Assembly: GCF_006345805.1 (NCBI RefSeq)
Contig: NC_042997.1
Span: 496,001-560,000 of the forward strand
Length of the DNA stretch: 64,000 nt
Direction: 5' to 3'
From: Octopus sinensis
Lineage: Eukaryota
The position numbers and the translations under genes were made by a program. Of the stretch, positions 37,744-51,003 are shown in pieces (within the stretch, counting starts at the first letter, position 1; each line of letters begins with the position of its first letter). The notes beneath the pieces were generated by a model, which was given only the letters and a program-made list of their open reading frames with translations, ran no database searches and was not told the DNA's origin.

Positions 37744-40700
37744 TACATACATACATACATATACATACATACATACATACATACATACATACATACATAC
37801 ATAAATACATGCATACATACAAACATACATACATATATATATACATCCAAACATACACACAACATATAGATGTATATATATAATACAGACACACACACAC
37901 ACCTACGTATACGTGTATGGGGTAGGATGCTGTAGGGTTGACCATACGTTTTATTGTTCCATCAATACATTGATACGATTTATATTTAATTTGAATATTT
38001 GTTAATAAAGGGTGTGACTGATTCTAGACAGATGATGGTGTGAGTGAGAAAGTAACATAAAATATGGATGGTGGTAAGATCAATGCCTGCTGAGTCTATT
38101 GGATCTAGGGGACGTTGTCGCACAATAGGAGCAATGAGCACCTCTGCTTGCTATATGTTGCAATTATTTTGTATATGAGTGTTAGCCACTTAGTCGGATA
38201 TCCTTTTTACTCAAATGGAAGGTACTCAAATGGAATTTACTCAAATGGAAGGTATGATCTAATTGATTGCAACAGATTGGACTCTGCTTCACGGATTCAA
38301 GTTACTAGATAATGGTCTTAAACCAGGCAACGGATTAAGTCTATCACCGAAAGATTAGGTTTTCCATTTTACAATTAAGCTTACCGTGAGAAAATTGGTT
38401 TTGTCTCTCAAAATGTTCTAACATTATTTTACTGATCACATAACTGAAGCTCCAGAGCGTAAACAATGTCGTAGCTCATATTACAAACATCCTAAGAAAG
38501 CTCGAATGACACTCATAAATAAGTATTTATCTCTAACAAACTGATACACAAATACATAACCCTGCTTCACTAAACTAGAAAGTGCACGGCTCTCATCCAT
38601 GTCTAACCAATGCAGCCACCCAACTCATCATCCTATTTCGTTGCCCTAAATCTATACTAATTGTTCCTTATAAGATCAGTACTCCTGTGGGCCAGCATTC
38701 CAGTCGAAAGTTTAACGTGTAATTAGTTTACACGTGACGATTTGGGACAAACCACAGAGACCCTGTTTTTTTTTTTTTATACTCTCGATCTCGAGCTAAA
38801 TAATGATCAATGTATAACTTTAATTCTCATAGCGGGAAAACGTATAATCATATAATAATCTGATTCACAATTAGCTTTGCTGGATGTCAGGATTGAATCA
38901 ACTTTTTCCTCAAATATCGGTAGGAAACATTTCGTGAGAGAGTTACAGGAAGAAGTCAGGAAGACAAGAAGAAAGAGCACACACAGTTATTTTTATACTT
39001 AGTTCTATGTTTATTTTTGTGTGATTACTGATGTGCGTCTAAGTAATATGTGAAGGTGTATGTGAGCATCAATACGAAGTGTATTATTAGATTAACCCGA
39101 GTGCCAGCTGAATATCATTTGTTTTGCATGTGTATGTGTTCATGTATGTGGATGAATGTGTTTATATTATCCAGTTCCTTCTGGTTCGCTAGATTCTGGA
39201 TTAACTTTCAATACACAAATAAGAAATACGTGATACACTGTAAATTATTGCAGATACACGTCAATCTGTTCATTTATTGCTGTTGTTTATCCACAGGTAA
39301 ACCTGATCGAACATAGTTATGGGAAAATACATCTTATCGTTGATAATCCTGTATTTTATTCAGATATAGTATACGAAATATTAACATTGCCCAATGCATA
39401 TTCCTTTCTTGAAGACAGTCAAGTGAGATTCGGGCGTGATTTAGCTGTCATATCTAGCGGATCACTCAGTCCCACTAACATTTCCTTATTGCTTCGATCT
39501 CACGACGTTTGAACTGTGAAAAAGTGATTCAATAGAAACTACATTCACTCATAAATTATTCATTCAGTTGGATAAACTATAGCAGAAAGTCCTGCTCTTG
39601 GCACTTATTTCATGTTACGTAGATTAGACATGCTGAATCGAATGTCTTCCTTGAGGATAGAGAGACATGCCACTGGCGTTATGATCATCTGTAATATTTT
39701 AAGGTGTATTATTGAATTTATTATATGAATATGCAAATACATACACAACTTCTAAATTTAATACTGAATATGTGTTTTAATATTCCAACTTCTTTCATAA
39801 TATGGCCTCCTAGTTAAAGAATATTTGAATTGATTTTCAAATAATTAAATTGAAAGACACTCGACTAAAATCACCGTGGGAATGCCACGTGACATAATTG
39901 AATCCTAAGATTACACACATTTATCGATTGAGCCTGAAAATTTAATTATTGGTTAAATATTTACTGCAAATTATATGTCCAATAATGAAATGAATTTGTT
40001 CGATATATGCCCCGGTTTATTCTTGTAAATCATACTGTTTATTTTGATATAATTTTTCGTAATCTCCCAATATCATAAGCTAGCGTTATTTATCTAAAAC
40101 TCTGCATTATTTATCTAAAACGATAGTGCTGATGTGAAGGTTAGTGTGTCCTTTAGTTATTCATCTCAGTTGAGTGCAGTACAAACACACAACGATACAC
40201 GTGCACGGGCACACACGTACACACACAGCAACACAAATGAAATATGCAAACATAACACACACAACTACACAAATTACATACACACACACACACACACACA
40301 CGCGTAGACACGCTCACAAATTATATTTAGCTGGCATTCAAGTTAATTTATTATTTATTTATTATTTTTGCCTTCTATAATATGTTACTTTAAGAATCCG
40401 TACTGTTTCAATTTTAAAATCTAAGAGCTAAGGCTTGCTAACATTATCATTCTACCCATCTCACCGATGTTACGCGGTATCTGCAGTTACGTCATAACTT
40501 TCGGTTATTTGAGTCCAGCTGCATATAACTCACAACCATAAGCAACGAATATACTGTATAATGAAGTCGTCATTACCTGACATTTCCTAGCTTAAAATTT
40601 TTTCATAAACGTACATTGGGACGGAGTGATTTGTTCTTGGTTGATGTGCATGAAATATACAGATACTGAGATTTTATATGGAATCTCCACGTTAAAATTA

Positions 40701-41099
40701 TTTATGGAACTAACATATCGGAGTAACATATTATGTACATTAGCAAGTGTAATATATTAACGCAACTGAGACACAGAAATGTTCTTGAATGGATATTCTC
40801 AGGATTTTATGTACCAAAATGCATTATTCAAATATTATAGTACTGTACACAGAAAAGTGATTCATTATACAAAATTAAGACTATATAAAAACAAACTGAA
40901 ATAGACACAATGACAATAAATCTATCGAATCCATTAAGACCGAAATAAAATCAAATAAATATGTTAAAGAAGTTTGTGCAAAAGGAATGTGTAAAAAAAA
41001 CAAGGAAACATTTCAAAGATTCGTGTGAAATACTGGTGTTAGTAGGGATATTTCTTGCCTATAATAATACCTTCTAAACTATAGCCTACTGAAATTATC

Positions 41100-41328
41100 T
41101 ATTTCTTTACTACCCACACGGGGCTAAACATAGAGAGGACAAAGAAGGATAGACAAACGGATTAAGTCGATTATATCGACCCCAGTGTGTAACTGGCACT
41201 TATTTAATCGACCCCGAAAGGATGAAAGGCATAGTCGACCTCTGCGGAATTTGAACTCAGAACGTAACGGCAGACGAAATACGGCTACGCATTTCGCCCG
41301 GCGTGCTAACGTTTCTGCCAGCTCGCCT
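41100..41328 (-). mobile_element. SINE family A, full length, with target-site duplication
   Basis: Direct repeat GCCTACTGAAATTATC at 41084-41099 and 41325-41340. Confidence 0.93.
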
Positions 41329-42644
41329 ACTGAAATTATCATCTGGATTTGGATTTCCACTAGGTGCGACAGAGGCAACAGGACGAACAACAGATAATGT
41401 CATCTTGCGATAAAGTTATAAAGGATTATGAGGATTTAATAGTATAACTGCAAGTGTCAATGAATTAAATATCAAATATTAATAGCTTTCAATAATCATT
41501 AAAGGTCACAAGCGTAACATTCCTTATCAGAGTCCGATTATATAAAGCTATCATCGGTCATTCTGTCCTGTCTCTGAGAGTTTGATTAGGTCGTTTATTA
41601 TTTGGTTGGATCAAGTTCAATATAATTTTGCCAGAGTCTGCTATCGAAAATATAGGTTTTAATTTTCGAATCTCAATTTCTCCTAGCGTGTCTATCTACA
41701 CTTCATACACAGGGAAACATGTCCACATAGTTTTCAGCCAAATCGTTTTCTGTCCATAAAATTTATGTAATTGAATTTAAGGACACATTCTCAAAATCTA
41801 AGGGAAATCCCGCATCATGTAAAGTGAAACGTTACATTTCTCTCTAAGAACAGTAAATTGAATATGCTTGACATTTATAAATGCTTCACTTTGTTTACCA
41901 AGATGTAATGCTACTAAATGATAATTTTTTCGAAAATTATTTTAAAGGATAAATATTCAAAATTTTCAGATCGCCTATTCAGTTTATGCTAATCAAATTT
42001 TGTTAAGGTAAATTGCTTAAAACGTCGACATCATTTTATTTTACGATTGGGAAATCTCACTACAATTGCATGTATAGTAAAAAAAAAAAAAAAGACACAT
42101 GTACACACAGTATTATTTTCATTGTCCTTGAAGTTGTTTTCAACTGTAATATCATATTGTTTTCATTGCTATATCACCGTCTTTATGTACGAAGGAAAAA
42201 GACAACAACCAAATATTACTGGAAGATTTGATATACAACTTATAATCAGAATTACGGCTGAAATTAAATTTTGAAGCTAATCGCAACAAATATTTCTAAT
42301 TGGTCACGTGTTTGCATGTTACAACTGGTTGAGTAAATCGAGGTTATTTGATTTCATATGCTTCGTATGTAGCTAAATTATATAAAATATTACTGAGATG
42401 TGTGTAGCAGTACAGATGAATATGCCTTAAAACTTGTATACAAATACCTTTATTAGTTGATTTAAATTGGCAAATGAATAACTTTATCATGATGACTCTT
42501 TCACATTTTATCTTCTTCAAATCAGTGTTCATATTAAACATTACCGGAATGATATTCTAAAGAAAATATTTATGATATATAATTTGAAGTTCATTACACA
42601 AGCCCTTGTTCCCTTGTAATTTCTTTAATTACTTATATATATAT

Positions 42645-42788
<144 letters not shown>

Positions 42789-43697
42789 AGTGAAAAAGAG
42801 AGAGACAATGTTTGTGAGAGAGAGAGAGAAAGATTGTCGTTGCATCACTAAACCTGCTGTAAATTTCCGGGCGTAATAATGTATGCGAGCATTTACATTA
42901 AAAGCACAGGAGCGAATTTCAAGTTCTTACGTATTCTTAGAAGAATATAAAGCTATATTGAGCGTGGCGAAAGCACACTCGGAAAAGTAGAATTTTCGAT
43001 TGTTATGTTCTGCCACACACCTTTCGCAGTTTTCTGTCGGGATTTTCTATTTCCATGAAATTCCAACAACTGATATACCTGCTCTTTAAGCCCTCATGCA
43101 TGCTAAAATGCCTCAGTAGACCCGAATCATTAACATTCGCCTTTTCTTATACATGTTTAGACGATCTATCAGATGCAGAGAAATTATCGTAACTTGAGTA
43201 GACCGCATATTTCCCTCCACTATAACGGTTAACTCCTTTTTCGGATAGATAAGTTACTTCGCTTCAACGATTAAATGTGGAAGGAAATATGGAGAAATTA
43301 CTTGAAAGAATTTACAGATATTATTTATATGCAATATTTTTACATTATTTTATGCTGCTACATAGGAAGATATTCCAGATACGCAAGCAGATAAAACATT
43401 CAAGGCTTCGTGATATAAAAAAAAACAAGAATTTTTCAATATTACAATCTCAGAGATATTTCGAATCTTACACCCACACAAACACATACACACACGCAAC
43501 ACCACAAACACGCACACACACCAAACGCGCGCATACAAATACACAAACGCGCTCACACACATACCTACACACATACACACATTCGCACACGCACACACAT
43601 ATACACAAACGCGCTCACACAAACACTCATATATATACATGTACATATATACATACAGCATAAATATACTTAAAAATATACTTTTGTGTAAGTGATA

Positions 43698-43737
<40 letters not shown>

Positions 43738-44712
43738 CGTACACAAACACACGACACACATACACATTTATATATTATAAATATCAATATTCATTTCCAG
43801 GAATGAATCTCCAGCCATAAGAACAAAAAAAAAAAATGAAAGAAAAACCATTGAGCGATTGTATCTATATAACTCATTTTTATGTCATTTTTAGACACTA
43901 ATAATATAACTATATAACTTTAAGTATTGATATTTTTAGATACTTCCGGCAACCATCACATAAAGCTATATTTGAGAATACATATTAATGCTGCACCATC
44001 TAACTTTATGAAATATAATTCAATAGCCTGATTTTAAATTGCTTGTAATGATAAAATCTGCGAATATACTTAAAAGTAAATCCTTTTTATAGACAATGAA
44101 CATATTGGAGCAATAATACACATAACCACAGATGTTTCTTTGGAAATATAGAAAAGGGGAAAAAAAATGTTGACCAGAAATACGAAAGGTCATGAACACA
44201 ATAATGACGGTGGGGGATACATGCCGTCTATTTATTCTGTATTAAATAAGATGATGACACGCTGCTAGGAAGTGACTTAAAAACGTTCACATATATGTCC
44301 ATTTCCGGATAGAATTTGTAATACAATTTTAAAATATGTAGAACTTACTTCGTAATAATATATTTATTTGAGTTTAATGGACAGTTATAGACGGTCTGTT
44401 TAGAGACATGTTTAATTGGTTTAGGAACGACATTAGGTGATGAGGTGGTATAAATTTGGCGTGAAATGACTAGTTTCTGTAAATATAACTAATGTATGCG
44501 GTAGGTTATATGACTGTGCATATTTAGAGGTGAAAATTAAATATATCGCATATGTACAGACGTGTAGGTGACATGATAGGGCAAGAGAGCCACACGAACA
44601 AACGAGGCAAAGGAAACTCTCCTGACAGAAAACGTTGAACAACATAAAAGAAAGGAAATAAGACCGTAGGCAGGCAAATTAGCCAGAATTTTTATACAAG
44701 CAACTAGTTTCA

Positions 44713-44794
44713 TGAGCGAAAACACCTAAGCTCCACGCGGCTCCGGCAGAAGGTAATGGCGAACTTCTGCTGACTATTTCGCCACAACTTTCTT
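44713..44794 (+). mobile_element. SINE family B, internal fragment
   Basis: TGAGCGAAAACACCTAA..TCCACG.GG..CC matches the 7345-7620 element. Confidence 0.65.
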
Positions 44795-44795
44795 A

Positions 44796-45046
44796 AGGCG
44801 GCGAGCTGGCAGAAAGGCGGCGAGCTGGCAGAAACGTTAGCACGCCGGGCGAAATGCTTAGCGGTATTTCGTCTGCGTTACGTTGTGAGTTCGAATTCCA
44901 CCGAGGTCGACTTTGCCTTTCATCCTTTCGGGGTCGATAAATAAAGTACCAGTTACGCACTGGGGTCGATGTAATCGACTTAATACCTATGTCTGTCCTT
45001 GTTTGTCCCCTCTGTGTTTAGCCCCTTGTGGGTAATAAAGAAATAG
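44796..45046 (+). mobile_element. SINE family A, full length, 19-nt 5' tandem duplication
   Basis: AGGCGGCGAGCTGGCAGAA twice (44796-44833); B-box-like GAGTTCGAATTCC. Confidence 0.92.
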
Positions 45047-45341
45047 GTATTGCTTTCATTGAAGTCCTCAAAGAAAGAGACTAATAATAGATGAAATTCT
45101 AATGAACCTGTATTTATCGTAACATAAGCCACAGTCTGTCTTAAGATTTTATGAAAATCTAATATAGTTTTATAATCCCTTAAAAAAATGCCAACTCTTA
45201 GATTATCGTAAAATTCAAAATGCCCATGTTTTGCAACTCCACTGACAGCAAATATATTAATCCTTACACAAGGGTAGTTTGTACATATATTTTAGTGTAA
45301 ATATTGAGTTTTTATGGAAGATTTTATATGAAGATTTTTAA

Positions 45342-45582
45342 GCGTAGGAGTTGCTGTGTGGTAAGTAACTTGCTTACCAACCACATGGTTCCGGGTTCAG
45401 TCCTACTGCGTGGCACCTTGGGCAAGTGTCTTCTACTAAAGCCTCGGGCCGACCAAAGCCTTGTGAGTGGATTTGGTAGATGGAAACTGAAAGAAGCTCG
45501 TCGTATATATGTATATACATACATACGTATATATGTATATACATACATACGTATATATGTATATACATACATACATACATAT

Positions 45583-45631
<49 letters not shown>

Positions 45632-45848
45632 GTGTGTGTGTTTTGTCTGTGTTTGTCCCACCAACATCGCTTGACAACCGATGGGGGTGTGTTTACGTCC
45701 CCGTAACTCAGTGGTTCGGCAAAACTGACCGATAGAATAAGTAATAGCCTAACAAAGAATAAGTCCTGGGGTCGATTTGCTCTACTAATGGTGGTGCTCT
45801 AGCATGGCCATATTCAAATGACTGAAACAAGTAAAAGAGTAAAGAGTA
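45342..45848 (+). mobile_element. SINE family C, full length, internal TA/CA microsatellite
   Basis: tRNA-like head, internal repeat, GTAAAAGAG tail. Confidence 0.9.
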
Positions 45849-46543
45849 ATGTAGGCATCAGATTTACAGCTGTCATTATTAATAAGAGGAAAATTGTAAG
45901 AATGCCGGTTTATTAGTTCCTGTTCAAATCTTGGCGAGATTTTGTCTTTTATTCTTCCATGGGTGATATAGATCACCAATCAAGTTTTGTGATTATTGTG
46001 ATTGATGTAATCCACTACAACTCTTACCTTCACCACTGCTGGATTTGTGTCTAAATTAAAACGATCATCAGGGGAGAAATCTTAAATCAAGCTATATGCT
46101 TTCTGATGATGCATAGGAGACCGTTCTAAATAAGTCTAAATGAATTAAAAGTGATAAAATGGGGTACCGAAGTACCAATTTTTTTTTATACGGGGAAGAA
46201 CCTGATCCCTTTATCTAAATAGATTTCATATGCAGATGAGTACGGAAAACTAATCCTCACTAGATCTCTCATTCTACATAAGGTTGAAGTGCAAAACGAA
46301 TAATTGACGGTTTGGGAACGGAAGCAGATATTCCGGTGAAGATTCTGACATTTGTAAATTCTAATTCCACTAGGAAATATTTCATAAATGTTGACAAGCT
46401 TTTACAAAGGATGCATTTTATATATGTATATGAGTGTGTGTGAGTGTGTGTGTGATGTATTCTTCATAAAATTTATCAAAATATATGAAATATATACTTA
46501 TATATATATCTCTGTGTATATATATATATATCTGTGTATATAT

Positions 46544-46600
<57 letters not shown>

Positions 46601-46606
46601 TGTATG

Positions 46607-46658
<52 letters not shown>

Positions 46659-46680
46659 ATATGTATGTATATGTATATAT

Positions 46681-46722
<42 letters not shown>

Positions 46723-46774
46723 TAGTTATATATAGATATATTATTAGTTACATAAATTATATATACACATATAT

Positions 46775-46987
46775 AGTTAATCCAAACATGGAGAAAGCGA
46801 AAACACAACGCCGCGAGGACGTGGAACAAGTATAGTTTTATTGGAAGCTCAGGAAAGGAAAGAAAGAAGGAGGATTTAAAGTTTCGGGTGAAGATCTCGT
46901 AAGAAACATAGAAAAAGGAAAGATCCAAGGAAGGGAAGACGGAGAAAAAAATCGCCAACGATACACACGCGGTGACATATTGAATGA
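46775..46987 (-). mobile_element. Repeat family H1, diverged copy with degenerate hammerhead (46874-46907)
   Basis: Colinear with 22924-23142; core reads GTTT-CTTACGA...CGAAACTTTAAAT. Confidence 0.85.
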
Positions 46988-47190
46988 TACATATACATAC
47001 ATACATACATACATGCATACATATATATATATATGTATGTGTGTGTATGTGTGAGTGTGTATAAATTAGTTTTGCCATGGGATTTTGAAAGTGAAAGATA
47101 GAGCGATAGTCCACCCTCGGTAAATGTGTTCATTTTAAAAGTATTTTTTAAATATAAATTCTCCAAATTAGCACCATGTAAGGATGAATG

Positions 47191-47256
<66 letters not shown>

Positions 47257-47297
47257 CATCTCCTTCCTCTCGCTCTCTTTCCATATCTATTTATATA

Positions 47298-47344
<47 letters not shown>

Positions 47345-47560
47345 AACGGGAAGATTACGAAAAAAAAACAAAAGACGAAGGCAGGGTGAGTACAAACAAA
47401 CAAATGTATTAGTATGGCGCTCAGGAATAGAAATAGAACAAGTCTTTTACGTTTCGACCCTACGCTCTTCGACAGAAAGATACACAGAAAAGAAACAAGG
47501 AGAAAAACAAGGAGAGAAAAAAAATGCGTGTAGGAGCTGACGATCTATCATGGCGTCCTG
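47345..47560 (-). mobile_element. Short repeat H2 carrying a minimal hammerhead variant, ends in (TA)n
   Basis: Same layout as H1 (pyrimidine tract, HHR, CCTGAGCG..TAATAC, pyrimidine tail); only one copy in the window; 5' boundary uncertain. Confidence 0.6.
47443..47480 (-). ncRNA. Minimal hammerhead-like motif (A6U variant)
   Basis: TCTTT-CTGTCGA-A-GAGCGTAGGGTC-GAAA-CGT-A-AAAGA: 5-bp stem I, ACGT stem III, GUA site. Confidence 0.5.
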
Positions 47561-47846
47561 ACTTCGGACAGTGGTCAGGGGAGATAACAGGGTCAAGTGA
47601 CTTCCAAAACGGAGATGCCTCCAGCACAAAGGTGCGTGTGTGTATAAGAGAGTATGTATGTGCGTGTGAAAGAGGGCTGGTGGTCTGGACGTGTGTGTGT
47701 ATGCATGTGTGGGTGTGGAGATGTGGGGATGGGTGTGTGGCTGGCGTGTTGTGATGCGATATGTGTATGTATGTGTAGGTGTAAAGATGTGGGTGTCGTG
47801 GCAAAGTTATTACGCCAATAATAATAACACACGCACTGGTTTAATC

Positions 47847-48055
47847 CAGTCGGTTAAACATCTAACCAACTAACTAATCGATTTCTTGCTTAATATATTT
47901 GTTAAACAATCAATCGGTCGTTTGTTTACCCGTTAAAGTTCTTTTGTTGCTGTTCGCAAACTTTTCAGTGGCTTGTGACTCCCTACTGACTCAGCGGGCA
48001 TTGAAGCGAGTATAGGAGTCACGGGTAGTTAGTCGGTTAGATATTTAACCAACTG
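47847..48055. mobile_element. MITE-like element with 30-bp TIRs
   Basis: 47847-47876 vs 48026-48055 inverted, 27/30 match, starting CAGT; inner inverted GTGACTCC/GGAGTCAC; no TSD seen. Confidence 0.7.
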
Positions 48056-48194
48056 AAAAGTAATAAAGGAGTAGAATTAAACCTGTGCGCGAATCAATTA
48101 TTTTTGGTATAATGACTTTTCCAAATTTGTTTAAAAAAATGATTCCACATCAAGAATCTTGCAAACCAAATACAAAATATGTATATATATATAT

Positions 48195-49290
48195 ACATCA
48201 AGACATCGAAGCAACGGTTATTGAAAGACAATATTCATCCTCATTTATCGACGAGGGAATTAAACGTGCCAAACAATTAGACATAAAAACACGAAGAACA
48301 GCAAAACATAACACCACACCTCATCTCAAAACATTACAATTTATATCAACACACAACCTCAAAAACAATGAGGCATTCCACACTACTGTGCAAAATCTTC
48401 CTTTACTAACTAAAGATCCAAAAATGAACGACATCCTGAAAACACACAAACTCATCAAATACAAAAAGCAAGACAAATCGCTAAAGAGATTACTAACAAA
48501 TGCGAAGCTTTACAAAACAACCACGAAACGAACGGTTGAAAAATGTGGACGTCCAAACTTTGGGACCTGCCCCAACCTATTTGAAGCCTCGGATTGCCTG
48601 TTCAAACAAGGACAGAGGTTCACAATTAAAACTTGTTTTACTTGTGCCTCTGAGAACCTAATTTATGTAATAACCTGCCCGGATTGCGGACACAACTGTA
48701 TTGGACAAACGAGTATGACCTTCAGAAAGAGAACCACTCTACATAAAGGGCAAATCCGTTTCCTGCAATACAAGCAAATTCCTCTCAGTGAACATATATA
48801 AAAATATGCAGATAACATCAAACCAAATTTCACAGTCTTCCCCTTCTACCAGTGCAATGACACAATCTTCCCACAAGAACGTTGAAATATAGAAACTTTT
48901 TTCATTGAAAAATACAGAACACGTTTTAATATGCACGCATAACCAACTTTTATCTTTTTAGGTATATCAATTCACATATATTTCAATCCACAATTACATC
49001 ACTGTACATAAATCCCTCACTAAAAAAGTTTTCGAAACTTGCTTTTGTCTGTACATATATATTCCCTCCAATTACCGAAAGCTGAACTGTTATATCCCTT
49101 ACCCACAAAAATAACAATAACCTCAATAACCAATTACCTCATCATATTTTTCCAATTGTGAAGTCATTCACCGTAAATATCGTCACACACAACATGAACA
49201 AAATGTCTCCTTAAGAAAAAATACATCTTCAAACAAGTAAAACATAATATCATGAATAGCGCTAGCGAAACCGGTCGATATATTAAAATA
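48195..49290 (+). mobile_element. Penelope-like element 3' part (thumb, Cys linker, GIY-YIG, 3' UTR)
   Basis: ORF 48085-48801: KCGRPNFGTC...FTCASENLIYVITCPDCGHNCIGQT...RKRTTLH..I. Confidence 0.85.
49247..49281 (+). ncRNA. Hammerhead relic at the Penelope 3' end (CUG of the core missing)
   Basis: ATATC-[..]ATGAA-TAGCGCTAGC-GAAA-CCGG-TC-GATAT: stem I ATATC/GATAT, palindromic ACCGGT, GUC site. Confidence 0.55.
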
Positions 49291-49388
49291 TATTTAAGCT
49301 ATGTAGTGTGCATATTTTCCTTATATATATATATATTATAATATATATAATATAGATATATATATATATATATATTACCTTCGAAAAC

Positions 49389-49570
49389 GCGGAGTAGATG
49401 AAACAGAGGCGGTTGAAGAAGGGGAATGTTCCTTTGTCGTAGTGTCTTGTAATCTATTTTTCGCAGTTTAAGAAAAATGTCCATTTCCTTGGTTTTGTGT
49501 TTATGTTTTCGTTTCTCATTGTGTCCGACGTTTTTTGGTGTCCTGTACCCATATATGCATGTATATATAC
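49389..49570 (+). mobile_element. Short dispersed repeat H3 (copy 1)
   Basis: Colinear with 58338-58533 (-): GCGGAGTAGA ... CGTTTCTCATT ... TGTCCTG.ACCCATATATGCA.GTATATATAC. Confidence 0.7.
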
Positions 49571-49633
49571 CTATAGATGTAGGTACGTCCATATATGTAT
49601 GTATATATGCATATGTTTTATTTATTAATTTGT

Positions 49634-49705
<72 letters not shown>

Positions 49706-50353
49706 GTCATAAAAATCGTAAATGTGAAACTTTATTGCAAGCAAATTTATAATTTATTGAGAATGCTGAAAGTGATATTATATAAGAAGCATGATTTTAT
49801 TACAGTCATAAATACATGAGTGAAATGCAGTATTTTCAACATCATAACGAAGCTGAGGCGACTCCTAGGCATGTGCCAGCACACTAGGCAGTTGAGATAC
49901 ACTGACCTTAAAAAAACCCCACGCACTCTAACATATCGCACGTGTTGATAAATGGACATACATTAACACTCATACATTTGCACGTATACACATTGATAAA
50001 TTTCCTGTATGCATGAGCTTGATATCGTTAGAACGGATATTTCATTATCTTTCAGATGTCTGTGATACATAACGATGTAATTTACCGAGCTATAATCCGA
50101 AGCGTCATATAATTATGGGCTATATTAGTATGCATAATTATTACAACAACTGTAAACGAAACATACTGCGTTGGAGTTATGGAATGTAACACGTGTCTAT
50201 TCAAGTAATTACTTTGTAAACGAAAGGTTTGTTATTCAAAAGTTACGCAACACTTTGAATATATATATATATATTATAGGCGCAGAATGTCTCTCTCTCT
50301 CTCTCTCTCTCTCCCTCTCTCTCTCTCTCTCTAAATATATATATATATATATA

Positions 50354-50534
50354 GGCGTAGGAGTGGCTGTGTGCTAAGTAGCTTGCTTACCAACCACACG
50401 GTTCCGGGTCAGTCCCACTGCGTGGCACCTTGGGCAGGTGTTTTCTACTATAGCTTCGGGCCGACCAAAGCTTTGTGAGTGGATTTGGTAGACGGAAACT
50501 GAAAGAAACCCTTCGTATAGATGATGTATATATA

Positions 50535-50586
<52 letters not shown>

Positions 50587-50665
50587 GTATGTATGTGTAT
50601 TGTTATATGTTTGCTTGAAAACCGATGTTGGTGTGTTTACGTCCCTGTAACTTAGCGGTTCGGGA
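50354..50665 (+). mobile_element. SINE family C, 3'-truncated
   Basis: Matches the head and post-microsatellite part of the 45342 copy. Confidence 0.88.
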
Positions 50666-50958
50666 AAATAAGAAATAAGTAGAAATTTTGCCGGTTAGTG
50701 TGTTAAATTATAAGGCACAAAAAGAAAATGTCTCTCCCCAGACACAACAGCATCTTCTTCAACACACGAACTAATATAAAGAATCTTACATACCAAATCC
50801 AAAAACGAAATATATATATATATATCCTGAAGATTTCTCTTGAATGAAACATTTCTAGTCCTGTAGAAGCTCCTTCTATATAATAAATTAATTTTACTCT
50901 GCTATGTATTGAGTACCTTATTTACTGTGGTTAACCCGAATCAACCCGGGACCTACAT

Positions 50959-51003
<45 letters not shown>

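Noticed and set aside
38208-38250. Short tandem repeats (15 bp x3 here; 20 bp x2 at 58696) as a CRISPR-like array
   Set aside because: No unique spacers, eukaryotic context; ordinary slippage duplications
50821-50862. CTGAAGA...GAAAC...GTC on the plus strand
   Set aside because: Stems I and III do not pair; chance or too decayed to call
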